Assembly (NCBI GenBank): GCA_040954595.2
Contig: CM082585.2
Coordinates: 12,080,341 to 12,144,340, forward strand
Length of the DNA stretch: 64,000 nucleotides
Direction: 5' to 3'
From: Balanoglossus misakiensis
Lineage: Eukaryota; Animalia; Hemichordata
Positions 25,801 to 35,200 of this stretch are shown piece after piece. Under the pieces are notes generated by a model. It searched no databases and had not been told where the DNA came from. It was given only the letters and a program-made list of their open reading frames with translations. Position numbers and translations under genes: made by a program. Each line of letters starts with the position of its first letter. Within the stretch, counting starts at the first letter, position 1.

Positions 25801-28800
25801 TGTTGACATCTCGTCAAATAGTGACGTCACAAACGGCAATTCCAGGTATTCCATCATTGGAAACCATGTCATTGGTGAATACCATCTGGTCATCGATAAC
25901 ATTCAAACCAGCGATGCCGGGAATTTCAAAGTCAGGGTTACAGCAGCTGACAACAGTCCCGAAATTGAATCGGCAGAAGTCGTCGTCTCTACCAGAGGTA
26001 AATACACAGTAATGCCAAAGTAGCAGACAAACCAACTGACCGACCGCACGACCAACACAACCAACTTACCACTCATTTATTGAAAGAAATCGAACGGGGA
26101 AAAATATTAACAGCAAAGATCGAAATAATTTTCAGTGTAAACTCGCAGCCTTATGACACAATGACTTCTGTTCGGTGCCTTCTACTCTCTCACTTGATTT
26201 GGACTTTTTTTATTTCGTTTCATTTCTTTTCTTTCTTTAGCACCAACGCCACCGAATAACGACTACCCAAGATGCACCTCGGAAAAGATCAGCGACAACA
26301 ATATGCAGACTTTGCGATTGACATGTGAATCTTTGGGGGGCGATCCACCAGCCACCATGGAATGGACAAGAAATGGATCAGTTGTTAATGGGACAACGAT
26401 AGCACTTCCCAACCATACTGGATCGAGGCACATTGCAGAAATTCAACTGACGTACTCGTTAGAGGGAGCTGTATTTACATGTGAGTCAAACCACCCCGCC
26501 TTGGTGGCATCGAAGATATGCACAATCGGACCACTTGAAACTGGTGGTAAGTATCGGATAAAATCACGTAGTTTTCACATGCGCTCTTTGTTTGGTCGAA
26601 TACAGTTTTCCATATGTTCTCGATAACGTAAACCGGTGCCATTCAAGTCGGAATCGAAATATATAGAGATTTGCTCCAATGGACAATAGAAGGGACAGAA
26701 GTTGGTGGGCCAATTAATAATGAAAAGTAAACCAGTCTAGAGCAGACTGAGCATAACAAGCACGGCCAAGCTAAAACAACAGATAGTATGATGGTTTCTT
26801 AATTGTTTGAGAGAAGTGATCATTCCTCTCAGACATAACTTTTCCCATATTGTATTTTATACAGCTGGCCGTGCCCCAGGTGACGATTTCCCAAAGTGCA
26901 GCATTGCCAATGACAACCTAATTCTAGATGACAGCGCCCTCTTGATCTGTGAAACCCGTGGCGGTGTTCCCCCAGCAACATTGGAATGGACCAAAGATGG
27001 CGTTGTTTATGACGGCCAATGGATGCATACAGAGACGGAGACAATAAACGGCCTACTACTCAACTTGACGGCTGACTTAGAGGGCGCTATATTCGTATGT
27101 TCGTCAGAGCACCCTTTGTATGAGAATCCACACACTTGTGAGATTGGTCCACTACGATTTACAGGTTGGTTTTAGCACAACAACTTTCAAAATCAATTTC
27201 AAATGATTTACAGTTGTCTCGAGCAAAAAATAAGAAACTTTTCAAGACTTTCGAGATTTTCGAGAAGGGTACCACATACCTTAATAAAGGAGGTCTAGTT
27301 GTAACATCGTTGGATTATATCGTAGTGACAGTTGACCCCTTGTGACTTTTCTTGCCACCATTTCTTTTCAGCTATCCCATGGTATCTGTCGTCATGGTTC
27401 TGGGTTCTGCTGGGATTGTTCTTACTACTGTTGTTGATTCTTCTCCTTCTTCTTGTATTCTGTTGTTGCTGTAGAAGAAGTGGTTTCTGTAAGTCAAACT
27501 TCACATTTTCTCACAGAAACTACTTAAAGGTCTGAAGTCACCTTTGGCCAATTTGGCCACAGTTACCATGGACATTTGAAAGTGGCCAATCATTTGTGTC
27601 CCAGTGGCCCCCCTCCCCTCCATGCGATTGTCGTATGTCCTGTTGGACAACAGCAAATCGTTTTGGCATTTTCCAATTCGCAAGCTTTGCTTGGATTCAA
27701 ATTTTACGCATATATGCATGGGCAGTTTTCTTAGACGTCAAGAAACTCAGACCAGTATTATGATAATAAACTGTAACTTTGTTAAATTTGTTTCAGGTAT
27801 CTGTACTTGTTGCGGTACATATAGAGACGCTTGTCTGGTTTGTTGTCCCTGTTTTGCTTGTTGCAAGGATGAACCAGTGGTTGAGAAAGCGGATGCTGCC
27901 TGCATGGCTTATCCTGAAACGACAATCCTCATCGGAAACACCGGTTCTGGTGGGGCCGAGAAAACAGAGATTTCCACCCAGACACCTGGTTACCTCAAAG
28001 AGGAACCTTTATTCATTGTGACACATCCAAGCACCGAATGGAATGCGCGCAATTCCGTTCACAAAGAAGAGATTACTTCAGACCAATATAAGATCAGAAA
28101 GAGAGAAATGGAAACTATCCAGACGAAGCTCGCCGATGACGAAGTAGACAGTGGCGGGATGACTCAGGAAAACTCGAGACAGAGAAAAACGAAATCTTCA
28201 GAAGAACAAACCTTGAAACATGTCTCAGACAAAGGCCAAGGTTAGAACTGTTAGGAATGAACAGTATACAAATTAATGTTTAAATATCCAGTCTCTCGTG
28301 CATATTTATTCACAGTTACCATCGAAAGTTGAGTTGAGCTCTATCCATTCACAAACTGATCAAAAGAAGATGTAGAGTGTAAAGATGTTTGGGCATGATG
28401 TAAATAAGGGATGATTACAAGGGTTATTTATAAATCTGTACAATTTTTATTTCTAGATGTGGGGCTGTATCAAGACACAGAACAGAATGAGAGTCGGAAA
28501 GTGACCAACATCAACCAGACGAACTATTACCTTTTACCGAATGGCCGCGCCCTCACAGGAAGTGCTGTTGGCGATTACGCCACTTCCTGTTCGCCGTCGG
28601 AATCTGACACCGATGGAGACTTGTTTTCCAGCAGCAAAAAGGGCAAAAGTGACCCCAAAAATGGAAAACAAACCAGTGAAGACCTCAGGCGCGAAAGCAA
28701 CGCTACAGATGAACAGTTGAAGGCACTGAACAAAGCGCACAAGACAAGAACATCCAAGGAAACATTTGTTGTCATTAAATCTGACGATCGAAATGAACCT

Positions 28801-29753
28801 GGTATGATTTTGTTTTTGTGTTGTTTTGCTTTTTGAAATAGTGAATACATGTGTTGAAGAGTGAGATCTTACAAATTCTAATTTTGTGTTTTCTTTTGTC
28901 TTTCAAAGAAGGTGGCAATGCCGAAGACAGCACAGATAAAGGTAAAAGTACACAGTCGTCTGAAGGTCAAGGTGAAACTCAAACAATTGTGATTCACGAA
29001 AATCGAAACGGGCCAGTGAATCCGCGGTCATCCACGAACCAACAAACAATGACTTCTGTAACAACAAACGAAGAGTCATCACGTGGTTATTATCAAAAGG
29101 GTGACAGTGACACAAGAAATAGACATTTGATCGAATCTCAGTCACTGGACTCGTTTCCGGATGAAAACGAAAGTACGAAGAGATTCAGGAGGAAGAGGGC
29201 ATCTAGAGGCAGAAAAAACAGAGTACAAACGGTGAATGAAGAAGATGAATTTGATGGTGATAGGAGTATAACAATAAACGGTGATATAGCCATGTCAGGA
29301 ATTACTCAAGATGAACTTGCCAACTTGATGAGAAAGCAAAGCTCCCTTGATGAGAGTCTGAAATCGCCACCAACGTCGGACTATTCACCAAGATTGTCTC
29401 GAAATATGACCAGCTCCTTCAAACAAGAAACCGAAATTCATTCCAGCAAAAGTGAAAGTATGGGTGATTCAAAACGCTCCACTACTTTGAGGACAGTTTC
29501 GATGCATCTTAAACGGCGACCGTACAGAATCACACCAGATGCCGTCCGATGGGGTAAGACCCGTCCCGAAGCCTTAGCGAAAGAATTTCCCGCCGACAAT
29601 GTGACCTCCGGTCCTGAAGATGATTGCGAAGCTGTCAGAAACCTTCGTTCCATGCGTCTTACGACAGACTTTGGGATTTTCTCTGCGTGGGACCCTGAAG
29701 ATACATCATCAATGCGACTAACTGCAGGTCAAGTTGGTCACTCGGAGGTGTAG
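13880..29753 (+). CDS. Gene A: single-pass IgSF receptor, signal peptide-EGF-CUB-4x Kirrel/nephrin-D1-like Ig-2x C2-type Ig-TM-Cys-rich juxtamembrane-long disordered tail (about 1415 aa)
   Basis: Fourteen GT-AG exons join in one frame, all phase 1. 13880-13940 (MSRKLFYVSILSVLVVSLVS signal), 14231-14275, 22312-22449 (EGF: CLGNPCGDRGPCYN...YVCECPQ...GPLCD), 23447-23830 (CUB-like: GFFTSPNYPEPY...FDTDKSVQEMGWRLDW), Ig exons 24001-24315, 24562-24879, 25027-25338, 25680-25997, 26241-26546, 26865-27164, TM 27372-27488, tail 27797-28240, 28457-28801, 28909-29753. It ends -HSEV (class I PDZ-binding motif). AATAAA near 30477. Confidence 0.85.
14331..15132 (-). repeat. 3' LTR of the Gypsy element
   Basis: TGTGGCACTG...CCGGCGACA; no difference from 21289-22090 seen by eye. 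Confidence 0.97.
15133..15142 (-). other. Polypurine tract
   Basis: AGGGGGAGAG on the minus strand abutting the 3' LTR. Confidence 0.9.
15256..19650 (-). CDS. pol: Gypsy Pol polyprotein (aspartic protease, RT, RNase H, integrase), expressed as Gag-Pol by -1 frameshift
   Basis: LVDTGS protease, YLDD RT, TDASG/EFL RNase H, H-x4-H...C-x2-C zinc finger plus DDE core (IDF...ADQG...ERFN). The open frame spans 15256-19719 with no stops. Confidence 0.97.
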   Translation of the reverse strand, partial: FKLVQPVEEGHSAGVDTVSPPRQQKADSLQVRSGVEVVDQLVGPLNETLVEVNGIKCSTLVDTGSQVTTVTEDFLQSHPQLSSRTLESADITIEGAGGQSVPHYGVTRLDLTFLGRTYKQVPVFVVPHTAYRKKVPLLIGTNVIRTSRNDLRAIHGHCYHSQVKRTSEVWYSAYRQVGKTELGGKSGLIGQAKYRGRRPMTIPPGEEAHIPCRVPRGPARMMYTALIEGPQTRCVPDGLAIGRVLADIDGGQTSVRVCNYSSKPLVIWPKTCVAELHAVESEDDLPALREPRKSDKHKQNSTRQGRSRNRRTMQSGRDHAPPRLSPPQCQSTTQSAWDGIPPVDSSGVAADNLEQLQALKDLLRKNADVFSKHSMDYGRTTTIQHEIPLVDNQPFRLPPRRIPPTQYQEIKEHIADMESAGVIRPSKSPYASPIVIVRKKDGSPRICIDYRELNKRSIKDAFPMPRIDDALEALGQAKYFSTLDLTSGYWQMEIAEKDKYKTAFTTPMGLFEANRMPFGLTNAPASFSRLMTACLGDQNFSTVIIYLDDIIIFSRTFDEHLTRLQMVFDRLRQHGLKLKPQKCSLLQREVSYLGHRVSADGISTDPEKLKAVKEWPRPRNRKDLLKYLGFTGYYRRFIKGYSTIAAPLYRLTSGDPRKKVKGGKAPKPAPPFVWSSECEDAFCCLKDKLLSAPILGYPDFSKPFVLHTDASGEGLGAVLVQNQEGRDRVISYCSRGLSPSETRYPAHKLEFLCLKWAITDKLRDYLYGNYFTVLTDNNPLIYVMSTAKLDATGQRWVSQLSMFNFDIKYRPGKNNANADGLSRMPREEVAQHFKAVCSMVNSKALVDGESRPEAAASDALPGMTPSMLRLCQEEDSSIQRAVFLRSSSRKPSQRQLRSESKETRLLLYQWDRLQVKDGILYRQVRPPQGAEVFQMVLPCKYRRDVFQKLHSEMGHLGLDKTLDLIRARFYWPQMFVQVKTWCEQCTRCCLRKTASNIRAPLVNIRTSEPMELVCIDFLTLEPSKGGIENILVVTDHFSRYAQAFPTPNQKASTVARILWKNLICHYGFPRRLHADQGRNFESSLIRELCSITNTVKSHTTPYHPQGNGMTERFNQTLLNMLGTLDPSQKTDWKEHVETLTHAYNCARHESTGYSPFFLMFGRCPRLPVDLVFNTSSDKEEPVEYSDYVDALRERLKIAYREASANADEARQRQKKQYDSKAKAESLSPGDRVLVQLKETGKHKIGDRWETTPYIVVKKQPDIPVYVVKSEIEDREKTVHRNMLKLCSFLPVESGGQPTRPVVGGASGPVTCATAGGTDCDSEAEGDMVELVAEPELTGLTPTEEPAVAVQPKGISSPEPLTAQMPTTGYTPDNHISVTPSTCTPGAPDASTQGQHQSSKDNPATIHTPPTDHSNTLEQPETTPRRYPQRQRRPPDRLGSYILSIVARATGHTHPEQCVGPMIEV
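19604..19650 (-). promoter_or_regulatory. -1 programmed ribosomal frameshift signal (slippery T-TTA-AAC plus downstream stem-loop)
   Basis: Minus strand reads CCT TTA AAC TAG at the gag stop, followed by UCAA-CCUGUGGAA/loop/UUCCGCAGG-UGUUGA, which can fold into a hairpin. Confidence 0.8.
19641..20975 (-). CDS. gag: Gypsy Gag (PNMA-like capsid, CCHC zinc knuckle), 444 aa
   Basis: PIFSG...EDWI...LSGEAR capsid motifs, QRSDESASSY major-homology-like region, and the CHRCGGKGHIAKGC knuckle. It overlaps pol in the -1 frame. Confidence 0.95.
   Translation of the reverse strand: MSSSLLPNMQNTTVDDLMTFDLVEGDDIQNPREAVTPTPQQPPITMTTPHRPVNQGNYDPNTPHSQPVMQQPSMFLASSNLFQPNFQSTPYFCPQPAVPPVQPSFQPALNPPPVSQYRMNSSHQVRGVPIFSGNPDGKVLVEDWIRDIQYLFEAGTMPEYLQFATIIRHLSGEARKLVLNLPPSQQTLSRAFDELRAEYGEGCLSMDPMGSFYERRQRSDESASSYAIALEDMLRQVEERMNRGRPYMDRDYKLTQQFMKGLHDQSVFNRLAPMKPRQMTFAELRAELRHLAREGRQTANKSKKGQTQPHFARDNHDQTGNQSVSFIPDQTPGVDQSMAQVTQLLQQIALNQEQQAARLAKLEAKATNAPKQPSDQSSSTPMCTAGKPDPAAANRKPAPRFDENTVCHRCGGKGHIAKGCCSKPIQKSRGSPSGAGHHTATPLN
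21269..21286 (-). other. Primer binding site, probably tRNA-His
   Basis: TGGTGCCGAGACCAGGAT lies 2 nt inside the 5' LTR. It is one mismatch from the complement of the invertebrate tRNA-His 3' end as I recall it (TGGTGCCGTGACCAGGAT); tRNA-Phe fits less well. Confidence 0.75.
21289..22090 (-). repeat. 5' LTR of the Gypsy element
   Basis: 802-bp copy of 14331-15132, adjacent to the PBS. Confidence 0.97.
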
Positions 29754-32262
29754 AACAAATACAACAACATATATAAAAAAAATATGCCAAATTTTGAATA
29801 TCTCTTTACAATTAACACGTAGGTGTGAGTGTGTGCTTGCAAAGAAATTTGTTTTACAATGCTGTGAGCATTTACAATTCAATATCTTATAAGCTTTGAA
29901 CAGATGATATCTATCTATCTATCTATCCGTCCATCTATCCATTACATGCTAAAAGTACAACAATTTTATAAGAATGAAAGTATAGTTTGATTGCTGATTA
30001 AAATTGTAGAGTTTAATTTTATCCCATGGCAAATGGTGTTTAAAGGCACAAACCAAATCATTTTATCATTTTTAAAATAATGGAACTCAGGAAGTGATTT
30101 TGTAATCGTAACTATAATTCGAACAGTGGTAAAATTCTGTTATCAACATTTTTTTTTCTTCATCAGGTGTTTATATAACATACGGGTGTTAAGTTTATTT
30201 GTCGATATATGTACTATAATGGGAATTTGGGAAATAGCTGCATTTGTTTTCTTGTTTTATAATTATATCTTTGGTATAGATTTTGTAAAAATTTGGTTGA
30301 AATTTTTAATACGTGTAAATACTGTACAGAAAACCTCATCCTTTAAACAATATAGTGAAACATTTTATTTTTAGTTTGATAAATAATGTCATAACCATAA
30401 ATTTGTACATTTCCATTCATATATATATATAATACAAAGTATCTTCCAAGAATTCATGTCCATAACAGTTCTATTAATAAAGAATTTTACATTTACATAA
30501 TTATTGACTCATGTATTACTTCATCTATCTATTCATACATCGACCATGCAATAAGGGTTAAATGAGTCAATCCCTAAGACAAACGGCTGGACAACCTAAT
30601 TTCAAGGCCATCCTGAACCGCTTGACATCACGAGACATTGTTTACATGCAAATGACCACAAATTTACTCTTGGGGGGAAAATACGATGAATAACCTATTT
30701 AACACATCGAAATAGTTACGTGAAAATAGATGTAAATTTATTCACGAGTTCATTGATTTCCTCCCAATGGCACCTCGATCACTCAGCATTCATAATATTA
30801 TAATGTTTTTGAGGTTCAGCAGGGTGAAGATCACGTGATTTTAAGTCAAATTTAAAATACCGTAGAGGTTCTTAATTATTTACACCTTACAAAGAAACTG
30901 AACACATCGCGTTATTGACGGAAGGTTGGTCGTTGATTTTACAGGTAAGGGTTAATTCATCACAGCTTTGAAGTATAAGAAGGGTGATCTTGTTAGGGTG
31001 TGACCATAACAGGCCTTCTCAAGTTCTGTTTGCATAGATACGCTCTTTTGGTTTAAGGTTTGATGACGTCATAGGGAGTGGTTGGTAATACTATCCACAC
31101 ATGTAGACAGATAACAGAGTCAATTTAAATAGTATCGTCAAAAGTCTAATGTTTCGGGCGAATGACAACAAACGCTGCATGGTTCTGTTATCCAGCATGG
31201 ATGGGGAACACATTCCTTCAATGGTGTGAAGAAAATTCGGGTATAGAGAGGAATAACTGTAAAATGTCAGCACTCAATGCAGCAGAACTGGCTCACATTC
31301 CTGTCATGCTCACTCACAAAGGTACTAACAGAATACATGTAATTGTCATTCTGAATATCATGATAGACTGCAACTCGGAGGTAAGGCGTGGGAAAGCGTT
31401 GACCCACCAGTATAAAACCATCAAAAGGGATGATTCATGCATTGTTTGTCTCCAATAGAGGGTTGCATGAATTTAAGGAAATCCTTTGTCGCCAATAGAT
31501 CCATTGATATGGTGATTTTATTGTTGAATCAGATTGAAGCTGACTCAGAGGCAGAGTACAGCAGTATGTCAACTTATAAACAGTTGAAGTTTTGTCTATT
31601 GTTTGGTTTGTGTCTGCCCACTGAGCAATGTAGTCGCTGTTCTTTTATTCACTATCGGCGTTTTGAATTTTGGACGATTTCTTCTGGACGTTTAAATGCA
31701 CAGCATTATTATTTAAAGGAGTATAACTTTAAACTACGTAAAGCAATTTACATATTTCGATCATGAAATAAAAAATATAAATACAAAGTAGCACTTTATT
31801 ATTGTTAAAATTAGCAGGAAGATAATTTAATTGGGATGTACTTTCTTAACTGCCTCGAGATATTTGTGAGTAGAGGAGCACCTGGTTAATGACACACAAA
31901 CCACGATCTCCCCATCTCGATGACTTATTGAATGTTCATTGAAGTAGGCGAGGTGAAAGGTCACGAATTCTGACCACTACTATTTGTTCACCACCATGGA
32001 AGTGACGAGTGAAAGGTTCGTAAGTTCGTTCTGAGTCTCTGCATATGTGGAAGTCTCGGAAGCGGGCAGACATACCTTGTATTGTTTGTCGTCTGAATGC
32101 GAGATGTAATTGTTTTGTTTAAAGGTATTGTGGATTTGATCAGCACGTCGTGAACTGCAGAGGAAATATCCACATGAGGGTATGAAACTCGGACCAGTCG
32201 GACTGGGACGGTGCAGTAAGGGCGTAGAAACTGACGATTCGACGCGGTATTGAAATAAAAAC

Positions 32263-35200
32263 ATGGCGGTATATTCTTCAAGAGTGCTACTCATTGGTTT
32301 AACGCTCCTCACGTTGTTGACAGCGATTAACGGTAAGTCACGACTTTTAAGACGTTAGGCGTAATTCGAGTTTGACCTCGCCGATAGAATTGCTGAAGGT
32401 GAACTTCATTGGGTCATATACCCAGGGGCACCAAGTGTCAATAATATGTCACACATCACAACTGAACTGTCGGAAGAATTCTCATGATAGAAACTGTTAG
32501 GCCTACCCTGTCTCAAACATATCTGGAAACATCTGTTCTTGTCAAATTGAACCAAAGCCAGTAGTACAGATAAAACTTCCAAAAGAAGTGTGAAGGTCAC
32601 TTGTCTACCCCAGCAGGGAGTGGTAGATCCACGATCCTAGCGTTCTGTCTGTCTGACTGACTGACCATATCTGTTTGTGGGTTAGCCATCCTTGCTGTAC
32701 TTCAGTACACATACGTAATACCACATATAAGTTTATATATAAGACAAAATGTTTACAAGTCATCCACTAGCAAAGGAAACGTTTCAAGCAACGCCCAAAA
32801 CTGAATCACAACAACATAAAAACCTTTGCACTCCTAGCATATACACACTGTGTTATCAATGTAATAAACGTGATATAGTTGACGCACGAGGAACTAATGA
32901 CTGAAAATTTGGTCTTGCTAGTTCCGATCTGATTTTTTGCATACATTTTATGCAGGTCTTTGCAAATACTACGAATTCACTTGCGATGACGGAGGGTGCA
33001 TTGATACGGACTGGAAGTGTGACGGCATGTCCGACTGCGAGGATAACTCGGACGAGAGTGATTGTCCAAATGGCATATGTGAGTATCACGGATAAACTAG
33101 AACCTTTGAAACCAGATATGAATATAGAACGAAGCCTTTCAAGACAATCTAGACAGCTTGAACTCTCGCCTAGTCTCGTAAACACACTTAATGTTCCTTC
33201 TAAACGAAATGATCAACTCCTGAGATGTGTCGAGGACATAAGGGAGAGTTCAATTATTCCTTAAAAGGGTGGAATTTTTTAAGGACCAACAATAATTTGC
33301 AATAGCGCCATTTTAATGATAAAATCCCCAAACACTTGCAAACTGTTGCTCAAACACTGTGACTATTATGGTTTCGGGTTTGTAAACAGGCAGGGGTAAT
33401 TATTGGCCAAAGTTGGCGTAAATAACAACAATTTTATAAAACAGGGGAAGGATTGAACGATAGATGAATGAAAAGCCCCACTCTGGAAGCATCATGTAGT
33501 GAATGGAGACTCCCCAGACTACGCTTAATTGTATTTCCACCAGTGTTTGTTGAAGGACTTCATTTATGTAGCATGGAGGTCATTGGGTCAAAACGACATG
33601 AAAGGGAACCATCAGTGGTGCATACCAATGCTAGGTTTGACTGGAAAATTACGTCAGTCAGTATTTGTCTTGTGAAAACAGTGTCTTTACTGAAGGATTG
33701 TGTCCCTAGGGGAAGTTCTGTTCATTGAAACGTACTAAGCAGGGTGTGGGGTAAGCTTATATCTTGGGGTATGGATGTGGGACGTTGCATTCTCTACATT
33801 GAACTATGACTGTACGTTCTGTGCAGTTCATACATTTACAACACATATGTTCATTTTTGAATTACAATTAATGTTTTTGTTTTGTTTAGTGGAATGTCCA
33901 GAGGAGCATGATATCCGTTGTTCAGACGGTGTCTGTGTGTCTGTAATCGAACAGTGTGATGGCTACAGAGACTGCATTGACGGTGATGATGAACTTAACT
34001 GTGGTAGGTAGAAATAGCAAAAAAACAATTATGTCTTTTATCTCAATACTTCATTGTTTTTGTTCCAAATCAAAACTCTGCCATAATTTAATTGAGTTTA
34101 CCAAGTGTCCTGTAAGAACATTTTCATATTTGTTTTGATAAAAGTTAACACCATTTCACACCAGGGGAATAATTGTATTCTCTACAGAGTGCAAAGATGA
34201 CCAATTTCAGTGCAACAATGGTGTCTGCATAGATGCATTGTGGGTATGCGACCAACTTGATGATTGCGGAGACAATTCGGATGAAGTTTGTGGTGAGTGC
34301 ATTAATTAGTACAAAATGTGTGATGCAGTTTTATGTTCAAATCACCAAGGCAATGGTGGGATATATTTTGATCAACAACACAGCTTTGGTTTAAAGTGAT
34401 CTGTCGCCCCAGCAAAATGACGACACTTTTTTCATTTCAAATGACACAGAATGCCCAGATGGAGAAGCCAAATGCTCTAATGAAATGTGCATACCGATCA
34501 CGTGGTTTTGTGATGGATACAATGACTGTGGCAATAATTCTGACGAAATGAATTGTGGTAAGTAACTATTACTTGCGTAAATGTATTTGTCTTGATGCAA
34601 ATTGTGACAGCAAAGGAGAAATAGATATACGATAAAGTAAATATATAAGTTCCTTTCTTTGTCCTTCCAGAAAACTACGTAGCGCCAAGCGACGAATATC
34701 CGACTTGTTCACATTCCCTAGCAACGGAAAACAACACACTGACCCTAACCTGCCAGTCTAGAGGAGGTTTTCCGTTACCAACGTTACAATGGGACAACGT
34801 GGCTGACTCTGCCTCGACAATAGAGGGTGATCTCGTTGTTGCCACTGGCAACGTGAGGCTCACCGAAGAACAAGAAAACTATATATTCAGCTGCAAGAGT
34901 TTCCATTTCGCCTATGATACACCTAAATCATGCACTATTGGCCCTCTGCAGTACAGCAGTAAGTATATACACCATGTCACAATAGTGCAAAGTCAGAGTG
35001 GTGGTCTTTTCAATGAAAATGGCCAAGAATGACTGAGATGAGAAAACTGGGAGATTTGTGAATAGACTTTTGGATGAAGTAAGGAAATTCATTTGATGGA
35101 TGTGTCCTACAATCAACCTAAAGTGAGCGAGAGTTGATTACAATCCCGTCTCTTTTTGTCTTCAGAACGTCCAGACGATGGTTACCCACAATGTCGCCAG

